64,000 nt of DNA from a plasmid. The notes beneath the pieces are model-generated. The model had not been told where the DNA came from, made no database searches, and saw nothing but the letters and a program-made list of their open reading frames with translations. The stretch's first letter is position 1. Each line of letters opens with the position of its first letter. The stretch lies in sequence record CP132319.1; one strand, given 5' to 3'. The position numbers were made by a program, and so were the translations under genes. Of this stretch, positions 38,631-48,594 are shown piece after piece.

Positions 38631-38820
38631 ATACGGTTGACCTTATAGCAGGTCGACAGGGGACCAGATCAAGATTCTAAGGAGCTCCGCCCCTTGCGCC
38701 GGTAAGAGGGCCGAGCCTCGCTGCGCTGCGGCCGCACCAACCCAATTGCCCTTGCTACCCCCGGACCTCGCCGGTCAGGCAGGGTTGCAGGGGACCTGCA
38801 CCTGCCTCTCCATTCAGGAA

Positions 38821-38846
38821 GAGAAAAGGCGCTCATGTGCGCCTTT
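38821..38846. terminator. bidirectional rho-independent terminator hairpin (AAAAGGCGC-TCATGT-GCGCCTTTT)
   Basis: GC stem flanked by an A-run and a T-run. Lies just 3' of the small minus-strand gene at 38833-38958. Confidence 0.5.
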
Positions 38847-38958
38847 TCCACGCAAGGAGGCCGATTACGACAAGAAACGCCAGTGCGGCGAGTGTCTGGC
38901 CGTAGATGCCGGCGCCCTTGATGCCGATATCAAAAATGGTGACTTCGAATGTACCCAT
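38833..38958 (-). CDS. small membrane protein (41 aa), paralogue of the 46-aa protein at 58193-58330
   Basis: MGTFEVTIFDIGIKGAGIYGQTLAALAFLVVIGLLAWKRRT. GGAG 9 nt upstream, terminator downstream. Shares the pattern EV..I..G..G.Y...A.L.F...G.LA.RK with the 58193 product. Confidence 0.4.
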   Translation of the reverse strand: MGTFEVTIFDIGIKGAGIYGQTLAALAFLVVIGLLAWKRRT

Positions 38959-39162
38959 AGCGGTGCTCCGTTGCAGCGATGCGGACAGGCTGCACGGGAC
39001 GGGATCGCCACGCAAAGCACAGGCCTGCACGCAACATTGTGAGGCCACCGGGAGACCGTTAAGTGCGGAACACGTGTAATATTATCCAATAAAAACAATG
39101 GGAGAGTTTATGCGCCGGCTAATAAAATCGGCGAACAGGTTGGATGAAGCTGAGTGATTCGG

Positions 39163-39507
39163 CTACGAATCATCGCGGGAGCGGAGGATCTCATTGGCCT
39201 CGGCGAGCGGAATGCCAGGCTCACTGCCTACGGCGGTCATGACCCCACGACTGCGCTTGCCCTGGCCCTTTTTGATCCGCGCCATCGCGTCCAGCACCGC
39301 TTCCATATCATTGGAATTGTCCGGAAACGACGGGGACTTCCGGCCGGCTACGACGCCATCGTAGACCATCTGGATCTTGTAGACGTACTGCGGCTCGCCG
39401 TCGCCCCAGTGCTCCACGCCCCGCGAGACGCGATAATAGGTTTCTGGCGGATGGGGAGCGCTGGCTTTCACATCTTCATAGAACTGCGGAAAATAGACTC
39501 TCGACAT
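39163..39507 (-). CDS. hypothetical protein (114 aa)
   Basis: ORF only. No recognisable motifs. Confidence 0.35.
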   Translation of the reverse strand: MSRVYFPQFYEDVKASAPHPPETYYRVSRGVEHWGDGEPQYVYKIQMVYDGVVAGRKSPSFPDNSNDMEAVLDAMARIKKGQGKRSRGVMTAVGSEPGIPLAEANEILRSRDDS

Positions 39508-39516
39508 GGAAAACTC

Positions 39517-39550
39517 CTATAGGACCTATGGAATCTATAGGACCTATAAG
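39517..39550. repeat. tandem direct repeats CTATAGGACCTAT (x2, 4-bp spacer), candidate res/accessory site upstream of the resolvase gene
   Basis: CTATAGGACCTATGGAATCTATAGGACCTATAAG. Confidence 0.3.
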
Positions 39551-39711
39551 CTTAAAAGTCAATTTGCTTCCACTGCCGCATTCGGGGTGATGATAGAGTG
39601 TTCAGAAAACGGTCGTTTGCTGGACAGCCGCAACACGATCTGATTTCCATAGGCAGGCGAAACAGAATCTGTTAGCTTTCCCGTCATGAAATCAACGTCA
39701 CGGAATTGTTC

Positions 39712-40311
39712 ATGAATCAACGCATTGGTTATGCGCGGGTTTCGACAGATGATCAGCACCTTGATCTGCAGCGCGATGCCCTTCGCAAGGCCGGATGCCA
39801 GGTGATTTATGAAGAAGCTGTCAGCGGCAAGAGCGCCAATCGTCCGGAGCTCGAGCAATGCCGTAAGGCGCTCCGCGCCGGAGACACCCTTGTTGTCTGG
39901 CGACTTGACCGCCTCGGCCGTAGCCTCCCGGACCTTGTCCATATTGTGGGCGAGCTTGAGGGCGCCGGCGTCGGCTTCGAAAGCCTGACTGAAAAAATTG
40001 AAACCTCGAGCGCGGCCGGCCGGCTCGTATTCCATGTCTTCGCGGCGCTGTCAGAGTTCGAACGGAACTTGATCCGCGAGCGTACGCAAGCTGGCCTTGC
40101 TGCTGCCCGAGCCCGTGGCCGCTCCGGAGGTCGTAAGCCGAAACTTGACGCCACGCAGGTGCGCGAGATCAAAGCCCTTCTGCGAGATCCGTCGATCCCG
40201 GTGGGTGCTGTTGCCAAGCGCTATAACGTATCCCGCACCACTCTATATAAGCACATAGGCGTGGTTCAGCCGCGCCAGGCTGAAAGATCTTCCCATGCCG
40301 CGGCACGCTAG
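39712..40311 (+). CDS. serine recombinase (resolvase/invertase family)
   Basis: MNQRIGYARVSTDDQHLDLQRDAL... catalytic Ser10 region and a C-terminal HTH. Confidence 0.85.
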   Translation: MNQRIGYARVSTDDQHLDLQRDALRKAGCQVIYEEAVSGKSANRPELEQCRKALRAGDTLVVWRLDRLGRSLPDLVHIVGELEGAGVGFESLTEKIETSSAAGRLVFHVFAALSEFERNLIRERTQAGLAAARARGRSGGRKPKLDATQVREIKALLRDPSIPVGAVAKRYNVSRTTLYKHIGVVQPRQAERSSHAAAR

Positions 40312-42073
40312 AGCTTCCCGGCTCCCGCCCATCGATGTCGGCGCCACGCGGATTGAACTCGGCCGCGCCCGTTACCTGGCCCGCAGCCTCGCTCAGACGA
40401 TCGCCGATGATGACCGGGCGGCATTTGCGGCCCTGGTCACGCGCGAAGCCCTGCGGGTCTTCGGCGAACAGCATGTTGCAGATTTCAAACTGCGGCCGGC
40501 GCTTACCGACCTCGCCGGAGACCTTGATGCAACGACGTGCCAGCTGGCCGAGAACATTGGCCGCACGGCGGCAGTCCTTTCTTTCGAGGAAGGTGCCCAC
40601 GCGATAACTAGCCTCTACACCACGTTGATCGCCAGCAAAGACCGCAGCAGCCTTGGAGCTTTCTATACGCCACCGGCGCTGACCCAACGACTGGTCGATC
40701 TCGCCGAAGAGGGCGGTGCGGATTGGGCCACGGCGCGCGTGCTGGATCCGGCCAGCGGCGGAGGCACATTCCTACTCGCCGTGCTCGAGCGCATGCGCGG
40801 AGCCATGTCGGGCAGTGACCCGGCGTTTGTGCTGGCGCAACTTGGCACACGCCTCGCCGGCTTGGAAATCGATCCTCACGCTGCGGCCTTGTCGCAAGCC
40901 CTGCTGGATATCTCGCTCTGGCCGTTGGCTGCAGCCAGCGGGCGCGAAATCCCCACGTTCGTTCGGGTTTGTGACACGCTGGAGGAGGAGGCCGCGCCCC
41001 TTTATGACGTTGTCATTGGGAACCCGCCATATGGACGGGTAGGCCTGACACCTATCCAGCGCGAACGGTTTGGCAGGAGCCTGTATGGTCATGCCAACCT
41101 CTATGGTGTGTTCACGGATATTGCGTTGCGCTGGACGAAGCCGGGCGGGGTCATCGCGTATCTGACGCCCACGAGCGCCTTGGGCGGGCAATATTTCGTG
41201 GCCTTGCGCAAGCTCCTCGCCCAGGAAGCTCCGCCGGTCGCGATCGACTTCGTCCATGCGCGCAAGGGCGTCTTTGAGGACGTGCTGCAGGAAACCCTGC
41301 TGGCCCTCTATAAGCGAGGTGCCAAACCTTCCCGCTTCCAGGTCCACTATCTGGACGTGGACAGCGAGTTGGAGGCAAAGCTCACCAAGAATGGCAAAGT
41401 AGCCCTGCCAGCGGATCCTGCGGCGCCCTGGTTAGCTCCCCGCAATCCGGAACATGTCGCGCTTATTGCGGCCAGTGAAGGCATGAAACACCGGTTGTCC
41501 GATTGGGGCTATGAGGTCTCAACCGGTCCGCTGGTTTGGAATCGGTTTAAGCCTCAGCTGCGAAGCCGACCTGGCCCCGGCACCCTGCCCCTGGTTTGGG
41601 CTGAATCCGTGACGGCGGATGGGCGCTTCGTCTTCAAGGCTGAAAAGCGCAACCATGCCCCGCATTTCAAGGTCGAGGCTACCGATGCCTGGCTGATAGC
41701 GGATAAGGGGTGCGTGCTCCTGCAGCGGACAACGTCGAAGGAGCAGTCGCGCCGCCTGATCGCGGCCGAGCTGCCGGCAAGCTTTGTTGAGGCTCACGGG
41801 GGGGTCATTATCGAAAACCACCTCAACATGATCCGAGCAAAGGGCAAACCCAAGGTATCGGCCAGCGTTGTCGCAGCGGTTATGAACAGTGAGATTGCCG
41901 ACCAGGTATTCCGCTGCATCAGCGGTTCTGTCGCAGTCTCCGCGTTTGAACTGCGGTCACTGCCACTCCCGCCTGCCAAAGCCATGGGCGCGATCGAAAA
42001 ACTCGTTGCCGCTCAAGCTCCTCGCCGGGACATCGAGCGCGCGTTGTGTCAACTTTACGGAATAGCCACTTAA
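40295..42073 (+). CDS. N6-adenine DNA methyltransferase (Type II, M.PstI/M.BsuBI-like)
   Basis: Motif I LDPASGGGTFL, motif IV VIGNPPYGRV. 592 aa. Start may be slightly downstream. Confidence 0.75.
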   Translation: MPRHARASRLPPIDVGATRIELGRARYLARSLAQTIADDDRAAFAALVTREALRVFGEQHVADFKLRPALTDLAGDLDATTCQLAENIGRTAAVLSFEEGAHAITSLYTTLIASKDRSSLGAFYTPPALTQRLVDLAEEGGADWATARVLDPASGGGTFLLAVLERMRGAMSGSDPAFVLAQLGTRLAGLEIDPHAAALSQALLDISLWPLAAASGREIPTFVRVCDTLEEEAAPLYDVVIGNPPYGRVGLTPIQRERFGRSLYGHANLYGVFTDIALRWTKPGGVIAYLTPTSALGGQYFVALRKLLAQEAPPVAIDFVHARKGVFEDVLQETLLALYKRGAKPSRFQVHYLDVDSELEAKLTKNGKVALPADPAAPWLAPRNPEHVALIAASEGMKHRLSDWGYEVSTGPLVWNRFKPQLRSRPGPGTLPLVWAESVTADGRFVFKAEKRNHAPHFKVEATDAWLIADKGCVLLQRTTSKEQSRRLIAAELPASFVEAHGGVIIENHLNMIRAKGKPKVSASVVAAVMNSEIADQVFRCISGSVAVSAFELRSLPLPPAKAMGAIEKLVAAQAPRRDIERALCQLYGIAT

Positions 42074-43137
42074 TGACATTGCCCGCCCTCCTGCCCTGGT
42101 CTGACATTCACAGCCGGCTCGCCGAAATCTTCCCGCCCGGGATGCAGAATCGTGAGCACTCGATATGGGAGATCTCCGCAAAGACCATTTTCGTCATGCT
42201 CTATACCGGCGCCATCGAGGGACGGGATGCATGGATGCGTCCCGACCAGGTGACGAAGATGACTGACGCGCAGGCCTCTAGGACTGCTGACGCCGATCGC
42301 CGCGATTGGATCGCGCTGTCGCTGAAACCCGGCCGCGACGATGTGCCCGGCCGCTGGTATGCGGTCAATTCGCGCGAATCCATCCGAGATGATACCATCC
42401 GCTATAGCCTGATCGAGAATGGGGCCGTTATCGAACGCGCCGGCCTGAAAACGACGTCACCCTCGCCGCGGTACGCGCTGCAGGCGGAGTTCGCTGCGCT
42501 TCTGGATCCTGGGTTGGACGAGGCAACTTTCAAAGCTAAGGCGGATGCGTGGCGGGTGAAGCACCTTAATCCCGGTGCTCTGGCACGTATCACGCTGAAT
42601 CGCTCCGGAACCGTTTCGTCAGGGACGAACGTCCTGGTTAAATTCCCTAATGGCGAAACCCGCCAGATGGTACCAGGAGAGAGTTCCGATATATCCAAGG
42701 CCGTGATTGAAGTTTTCGCGATCAACTTCCTCAAGGTGCCGGGTGTCATCGCATTGAGCGAAAGCGGCAACAAGGTCGTGGCCCGGGATGACAAACTGGC
42801 GAAGGCCATCGGCCTGAAGATCCCGGCCGACCGCAGCTTGCCGGATATTGTCCTGGTCGATTTGGGCCCTGCACATCCCCTGCTGGTTTTCGTCGAGGTT
42901 GTATGGACAGACGGGCCGGTCAACGAAGCGCGCAAACGGACCCTGCTCCAGATTGCGAAGGGTGCGGGATTCGAGCCTGAAAATGTGGCTTTCGTGACAG
43001 CGTTTCTCGATCGTAGTTCGGCGCCGTTCAAGAAGACCGTCAACAGTCTGGCATGGGGCAGCTATGCTTGGTTCGCCTCCGAGCCCGATAAGCTGATCAG
43101 GTTCAGCGACAAGCCGATTCAAATCGAAGGAAGCTAG
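42074..43137 (+). CDS. restriction endonuclease, BsuBI/PstI-family-like (cognate of the upstream MTase)
   Basis: Starts at the ATGA overlap with the MTase stop. C-terminal region ...PDIVLVDLGPAHPLLVFVEVVWTD... resembles the BsuBI/PstI REase C-domain. The gene order M-R is classical. Confidence 0.5.
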
Positions 43138-43158
43138 CCAATTGCTTTGTACGCTGCG

Positions 43159-44111
43159 CTAGCGTTCCTCGCCATTTGCCGCCGTCGGCCGGCTGGCATG
43201 GTTGAGTACGAAATTCGCACGTTCGTATAGCTCGTCGTATGTCAGGATCTCGATATTGCGCGAGTCCCGGCGGAACAGTTCAAACGTCTTGAGCTTGACG
43301 TCCCGCACCTGCGCCGGACCGTGGAAGGCGTTTTCCGAGCCGATAAGCAGGATGCATTTCGGATCAACAGTTTTCTGCCGGATCAGGACCCCGTTTCGGT
43401 CGTAGTTTTTATTGGCGTTGGTCTCGGCTTTGAGTTGCCAGGCTGCCTTTTGCTCAAGGATCTGCGAGACGGCGTCGACGAGGTCACCGGACAACGACCA
43501 CGCGCCCGCGCGGTTCTTCCGATTGTCGAAAATGGGTGTAGACGGCTTTTTCACCTCGACGAGCACGGTGAAATGGCTGCTGTTGAGGAGGAAATCACTG
43601 ATCGCCGCATCGCGGCCGGCCAAGTCCGTTGCGGCAATATGAGCTTCGTCCTGCAGGATCCCAAGGAACTGATAGTCGAGGCCGAACCCAAATATCCATT
43701 CGTTGCGTGCCAGGAAGTGCTGCCACACCTTTTCCACCTGCTGCGATCGGATCCCATGCTCCTGGCGGTAGGAATCCACATAGCCTTCCTCGGCCATAAG
43801 GCGCCGGAAAACCTCCAGCTGGCACTTGCGGTAGCCGAGGTTGACGATGTCATGGGAGGTGACCAGGCCGTTAGCGAGCAAATCGTCAATGATCTGGCCA
43901 CCACCTTGCTGGGTGAGGAGGCGTTTCAGCTTGTCCGCCGTCTCCGAATCTATCCCGCTTCCACCTTCTTGCAACCCGATCCGTCGTTCACGAAGGTTGA
44001 TCAGGTCGAGTTCCGAGAGTAGCTGCAGGAAGGCCGTCAGCTTTTCGAAGGTGAAGTGGGAGAACTTCATCGGCTCGCCCGCCCCCCATGGAAGCTCCTG
44101 CCAGCCTTCAT
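43159..44111 (-). pseudogene. sduA: Shedu-like defence nuclease (DUF4263/PD-(D/E)xK), 3' portion, separated from its 5' portion by the transposon
   Basis: ...DFLLNSSHFTVLVEVKKPSTPIF... PD-(D/E)xK core typical of the SduA C-domain. The reading frame is open upstream of the annotated ATG as far as the transposon IR. Confidence 0.5.
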
Positions 44112-44156
44112 GGCGTCACGACACGAAAGTGGTGAATCTGTCCGACATTTGAGAAC
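44112..44156. repeat. left terminal inverted repeat (IR-L) of the Tn3-family element
   Basis: GGCGTCACGACACGAAAGTGGTGAATCTGTCCGACATTTGAGAAC. Confidence 0.8.
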
Positions 44157-44165
44157 ATATGGTGA

Positions 44166-47132
44166 TCACGCAGCGAGGAAGGAGGTTTCCCGCCGCAGCG
44201 GCCTGAGATCGGGGCTGTCCGTCGGGGTCCAGATGTAATCTCCGGTCAGACTGATATGCTGCCAACCGAGCGGGGTGATATGTTTGATCACATCAGGAGG
44301 CGTGGCGATGCCTTCACGATTGAGCTGGGCGAAAGTCGGTTCGAGATAGAGCGTATTCCAGTAGACGATGGCATTGATGAGTAGGTTCAGTCCGGACGCC
44401 CGGTAGAACTGGCTCTCGAAGGTCCTGTCCCGCAGTTCTCCCAGGCGATTGAAGAACAGCGCGCGGGCCAGGGTGTTCTGCGCTTCGCTCTTGTTGAGGC
44501 CGGCGGTAGCGTTCCGGCGCATTTCTGGGTTCTGCCACCATTGCGGCAGGAAGATGGATCTGTTGATGCGTCCGATATCGCGAAGTGCGAGCGCCAGTCC
44601 GTTTTGACGCGGAAAGGCGGACAGCTTCGCCAGCAAGGTCGAAGGCCGGACCTGGCCGGAACGGATCGTCGTGACGAGGCGGAGGATATCGTTCCAATTT
44701 GCCTTGATCCGCTCGATGTTGATGGGCTCGCCAACGAGCGATGCAAGATTTTCGGGCGGCGTATCGCCCGGGAAGAGATAAAGCTTGCGATCCTTGAGGC
44801 CGCGCAGCCGAGGTACAAGCTGGAAACCAACAAGGTGGCAAAGCGCAAAACTTATGTCGCTGACCCCGCCGGTATCGACATAGTGCGTTTCGATGGCGAG
44901 ATCGCTGCCGTGATAGAGCAGTCCGTCGAGAACATAGATGGCCTCGCTCGCATTGGCGTTCATGGCGATGATGTGGAAAGCGCCGTACTGGTCAGACGTA
45001 AAGCGGTAAAATTTGGCGCCGGGGTTGGGGCCGTACCGCGCGTTGAGATCGCCAATCGCCTCGGCATGGCCTCCCGCCGGAAAATATTGTCCGTCTGAGG
45101 ATGATGTTGTTCCATCGCCCCACAGCTTCGTGAGAGGCAATTGCTTCTGGGCGTTGACGAGGATGGCGTGAGCGGCGTTGTAGCCTTCCTCGCGAATGTG
45201 CCAGTCATGCGCCCAGGCGAGCTGACGCATCGTCAACCCGGGTGAAACATCGGCCATTCTCGTCAGGCCAAGATTGATACCGTCCGCCAGGATTGCGGTG
45301 AGCAAAGCGAGCTTGTCGTCGGCCCACCGACCGGTGCGTAGATGTGTGAAAGCGTTGGAAAATCCCGTGCGAGCATCCACCTCGAGCAAAAGATCGGTGA
45401 TGCGGATTGCGGGCAAACGGCTTTCCACTTGTCGCTTCAGCGACTTGGCGATGTCTGGAAACATCGCCTTGTGCGGCGTGACGCTGAATCCAGCCTCGGT
45501 CAGTTCGACATCATCGAGTTCGCCGACGGCTGCAAGACGGGAGAGGTCAGCCAATCCCTCATTCAGAATCTTGCGCTGCTGGCTGAGATAGGTTTCCACG
45601 TCGGTATCGACGGCGACCGGAAGTGGACCTTCCTCGCGCATCAGCTCAAATGTCGGCGTGGGAATGAGAAAGCTTTCGAATGACTGGAAGCGCTTCGCCC
45701 CCTCCACCCAGACATCGCCCGCATCAAGCCGGCGCTTCAACTCGCTAAACAGGCAGAGTTCGTAAGCCCGGCGATCAATCTTGCCATCCTGAAGGAGGAG
45801 CGGCATCCAGCCTTTCGGTGCGAAGGATGTGGGAGCGTTGTCCGGTATTGCCCGTTTCCCTGTGCGGTAGAGATCGGCAATCACGGAGAGCGCGCGCAAG
45901 AGATTCGCCGCCACGGCGTGACCGCGGAACACGAGGGTCGACAGGAATTGCGGCGCCAGTTTCCGGATCGTCGGATAGCGCTGGAGCATTTCGATTTTAC
46001 CGTCGATGACATCCGGCTCGATCAGCGTATCGACCGCCTGGACACTGGTCGCGAAGACCGGCCATTGAACGGCCTGTTCGAGCGCCTTGGCAACATCCTG
46101 GCCTTTCTCCTTGGCGTCAATGATCGCGTGGCAAACTCTCGAAACGTCCCTCAGCTGTTTCTGAACCTCCCGCACGGAACGAGTGATGCGGGCGGTTGCC
46201 TGATTGTCGGCCCGTCGCGTCAGGACGCCCATGAGTTTCTTAAACATGTCGATGGCGCCGTCGGTCAGATGGCGGGAAAGGTGCAGTACCGTCGCGGCCA
46301 ACACGGCATGCCGGCGTTCGGGGTTGAGATCGCGTAGATGCTGCGCGCTCATTCGCATCCCCTCTGCGGCCAATTCATCAAAGACCTTGGCCGGAATGCG
46401 CTCCATCAACGTCGCCGGTAGGTTCAGGGACCGAAGAAAGCGAATGCGCTCGGCTATCCTGTCGAGGTTGACGGCGGCTGGCGACAATGCCGGTGTCCTG
46501 GCCCAAGCGAGGACGGTGACGCTTGTCCCGTCACGCGCGTCGAGAAGTTTGTCCAAATCGAGCTTGTGAGCCTCCGACAAGCCGCTCGCCAGCGCCCGAT
46601 GGGCTATGCGAATCCCGCGCCGGATTGCCAAATGAAGGATGGCTTCGAGCGCCGCGCGCGCCGGAAGAAGAATTCGCCGGCGCCGCAATTCCTCCACCAC
46701 CATATCCGCTAGAGCATCGGCCTGGCGCAGCGTTTGCGCGGCAGGCGTCAGCCAGCCGGTAAGCGCTTTCACGTCCGCGGGCACAAAAGGACGCATCTTC
46801 ATCCTGTCGAAAAGCAGGGCGAGATGCTCACGCCGGGTCTGCGGGCGCTCGAAATAAGGATCGATCTCGCGGTGATCGACGCCAATCTGCCCTGCCAGAA
46901 ACCGCAAAACGCCAAACGGCAAGACCTCGCCATCCGCAAGCGGCCGGCCGGGATATCGCAGCAAGGCTATGACACAGGCAAGGCCCAACCTGTTCGAGGC
47001 CTTGTTCTGCCGCATGATCAGGTCGAGATCCGGCCGGTCCAGCGTGTAATGTTTGGCGATCTCTCTTTCGTCCTGCGGGATGGTTGTCGCCTGTTGCCAC
47101 CATATCTCGCTCAGCAATGCTCTTCTGGCCAT
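44166..47132 (-). CDS. tnpA: Tn3-family transposase TnpA
   Basis: 988 aa from the internal ATG (MARRALLSEIWW...). N-terminal DUF4158-like region and C-terminal DDE_Tnp_Tn3 domain (...HYVDTGGVSDISFALCHLVGFQLVPRLRGL...). Confidence 0.85.
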   Translation of the reverse strand: MARRALLSEIWWQQATTIPQDEREIAKHYTLDRPDLDLIMRQNKASNRLGLACVIALLRYPGRPLADGEVLPFGVLRFLAGQIGVDHREIDPYFERPQTRREHLALLFDRMKMRPFVPADVKALTGWLTPAAQTLRQADALADMVVEELRRRRILLPARAALEAILHLAIRRGIRIAHRALASGLSEAHKLDLDKLLDARDGTSVTVLAWARTPALSPAAVNLDRIAERIRFLRSLNLPATLMERIPAKVFDELAAEGMRMSAQHLRDLNPERRHAVLAATVLHLSRHLTDGAIDMFKKLMGVLTRRADNQATARITRSVREVQKQLRDVSRVCHAIIDAKEKGQDVAKALEQAVQWPVFATSVQAVDTLIEPDVIDGKIEMLQRYPTIRKLAPQFLSTLVFRGHAVAANLLRALSVIADLYRTGKRAIPDNAPTSFAPKGWMPLLLQDGKIDRRAYELCLFSELKRRLDAGDVWVEGAKRFQSFESFLIPTPTFELMREEGPLPVAVDTDVETYLSQQRKILNEGLADLSRLAAVGELDDVELTEAGFSVTPHKAMFPDIAKSLKRQVESRLPAIRITDLLLEVDARTGFSNAFTHLRTGRWADDKLALLTAILADGINLGLTRMADVSPGLTMRQLAWAHDWHIREEGYNAAHAILVNAQKQLPLTKLWGDGTTSSSDGQYFPAGGHAEAIGDLNARYGPNPGAKFYRFTSDQYGAFHIIAMNANASEAIYVLDGLLYHGSDLAIETHYVDTGGVSDISFALCHLVGFQLVPRLRGLKDRKLYLFPGDTPPENLASLVGEPINIERIKANWNDILRLVTTIRSGQVRPSTLLAKLSAFPRQNGLALALRDIGRINRSIFLPQWWQNPEMRRNATAGLNKSEAQNTLARALFFNRLGELRDRTFESQFYRASGLNLLINAIVYWNTLYLEPTFAQLNREGIATPPDVIKHITPLGWQHISLTGDYIWTPTDSPDLRPLRRETSFLAA

Positions 47133-47297
47133 TGTCTCGGCTTCCAGTTTCGTTGCGGAAACCGCAGCGAACTGGAAAACACATGTCCGACAAACGACCG
47201 TTTCGCGGCATCCACAGTTTTTGTCCGCAAACCTTGTGCTTGAACGGCAAATCGGACATTGTCCGAGTTCAACGAGAAAACGGACAAACCACGTCTC

Positions 47298-47879
47298 ATG
47301 ACCTCTATCGGCTATGCAAGGGTCTCCACCGGCGACCAGGACACCGCCCTGCAACTCGACGCTTTGCGCAACGCGGGCTGTGAAAGACTGTTCGAGGATA
47401 AGGCATCCGGCGTGAAGACTGACCGGCCCGGACTGGCGGAGGCGATCCGCTACGTTCGCGACGGCGACACGCTCACAGTCTGGAAGCTCGACCGCCTCGG
47501 TAGGTCGATGAAGCACCTCATTGAGATCATCACCGAACTGGAGGCCAAAGGCGTCGGCTTCCGATCCATCACCGAAAACATCGACACGACGACATCGGGC
47601 GGTCGACTGGTATTCCACCTGTTCGGCGCGCTGGCACAGTTCGAGCGCGATCTGATCAGGGAACGAACACGTGCCGGTCTACAAGCCGCAGAAGAACGCG
47701 GCCGACGCGGTGGCCGACAAGTCGTCGTAACCCCGGAGAAACTAGCCAAAGCCCGCCAGCATCTGGCGGCCGGTTTGAACGTCCGGGAGGCCGCGGCCCG
47801 CGTCAAAATAGGCAAAACCGCCCTTTACGAAGCTCTCAGGGCTGAAAAAGCAACGACATCTGCGGTTAAACCAACTTGA
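47298..47879 (+). CDS. tnpR: Tn3-family resolvase TnpR (serine recombinase)
   Basis: MTSIGYARVSTGDQDTALQLDAL.... Divergent from tnpA, with a 165-bp res region between them. Confidence 0.85.
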   Translation: MTSIGYARVSTGDQDTALQLDALRNAGCERLFEDKASGVKTDRPGLAEAIRYVRDGDTLTVWKLDRLGRSMKHLIEIITELEAKGVGFRSITENIDTTTSGGRLVFHLFGALAQFERDLIRERTRAGLQAAEERGRRGGRQVVVTPEKLAKARQHLAAGLNVREAAARVKIGKTALYEALRAEKATTSAVKPT

Positions 47880-47890
47880 GTTCTGGATAC

Positions 47891-47935
47891 GTTCTCAAAA
47901 GTCGGACAGATTCACCACTTCCGTGTCGTGACGCC
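47891..47935. repeat. right terminal inverted repeat (IR-R) of the Tn3-family element
   Basis: Reverse complement GGCGTCACGACACGGAAGTGGTGAATCTGTCCGACTTTTGAGAAC. Confidence 0.8.
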
Positions 47936-48181
47936 TTCATTCTTGTAGTGACGGAATTTCTTCAGCGTCACCTCTTTGATGTCGTTCTTGTCCTTGAGGA
48001 AGGTGACCGTCAGCTTGACGCGGTTTTTTGTCTGAGGGAACGGCTGAACATATTCAACTTCCGTGCTGTCGTCATCGTGCGTGACGACATGGAAGAACTT
48101 CCCTTTGCCGTCCCGGAACTCGTTGCCGTAAATATGGTCGAGCCGGTAACCGCCAATGTACTCCTCGTCTGTTGCCATCAC
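47936..48181 (-). pseudogene. sduA: Shedu-like gene, 5' portion (N-terminal 81 codons), in frame with 43159-44111 once the transposon is removed
   Basis: MMATDEEYIGGYRLDHIYGNEFRDGKGKFFHVVTHDDDST.... Conceptual excision (keeping one TTCAT) restores one 397-aa ORF. Confidence 0.5.
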
Positions 48182-48594
48182 TGCCCTTTCTGTTGCACAG
48201 CGAGCTTACAACAAGGAGCTGCATGTTCCTACCGCCGTAGAGATAGGCCGGCGCCAATTCCTGTGGGGCGAAAGCTGCCGCCGGAAAGAGGGCAGAATGG
48301 CGTTTGCCGCTGTTGAAGGCGTCAACTTGCCCTTTTTTCGCCCTATCCGGGTGAACCGTGAGCCAGACCCCTTCTAAGTCCTATTGCTCTACTGCCGCTT
48401 CGCCCTTTTCAGGAATGTCCTGATTGACGATTCATGATTCTTTGGGTGATCCACGCTTCACCGGCTCCCCGAACGGCGGGACGGGCCAGGGGCGAACTTA
48501 AAGCCACCCCGGAGCGAAGCTGAGTTCGCCCCTACCAACCTTGCAAGTCGCGCCTAACCACCGGATATATAGGACATACACGAACGCAAGGAGC

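Larger units (their letters stand above)
44112..47935. mobile_element. Tn3-family transposon (tnpA, res, tnpR only), flanked by a 5-bp TTCAT target-site duplication
   Basis: 45-bp terminal inverted repeats (43/45 identical) at 44112-44156 and 47891-47935. TTCAT at 44107-44111 and 47936-47940. Confidence 0.85.

Noticed and set aside
39559-40035. 158-aa minus-strand ORF overlapping the resolvase gene
   Set aside because: The opposite strand encodes a canonical serine recombinase with the catalytic Ser motif. The antisense ORF has no features.
44112-44156. Whether the Tn3-family IR should begin with the canonical GGGG
   Set aside because: The ends here read GGCGTCACG..., but both ends match each other over 45 bp and are flanked by a perfect 5-bp duplication. 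Accepted as a divergent Tn3-family IR rather than rejected as a transposon.
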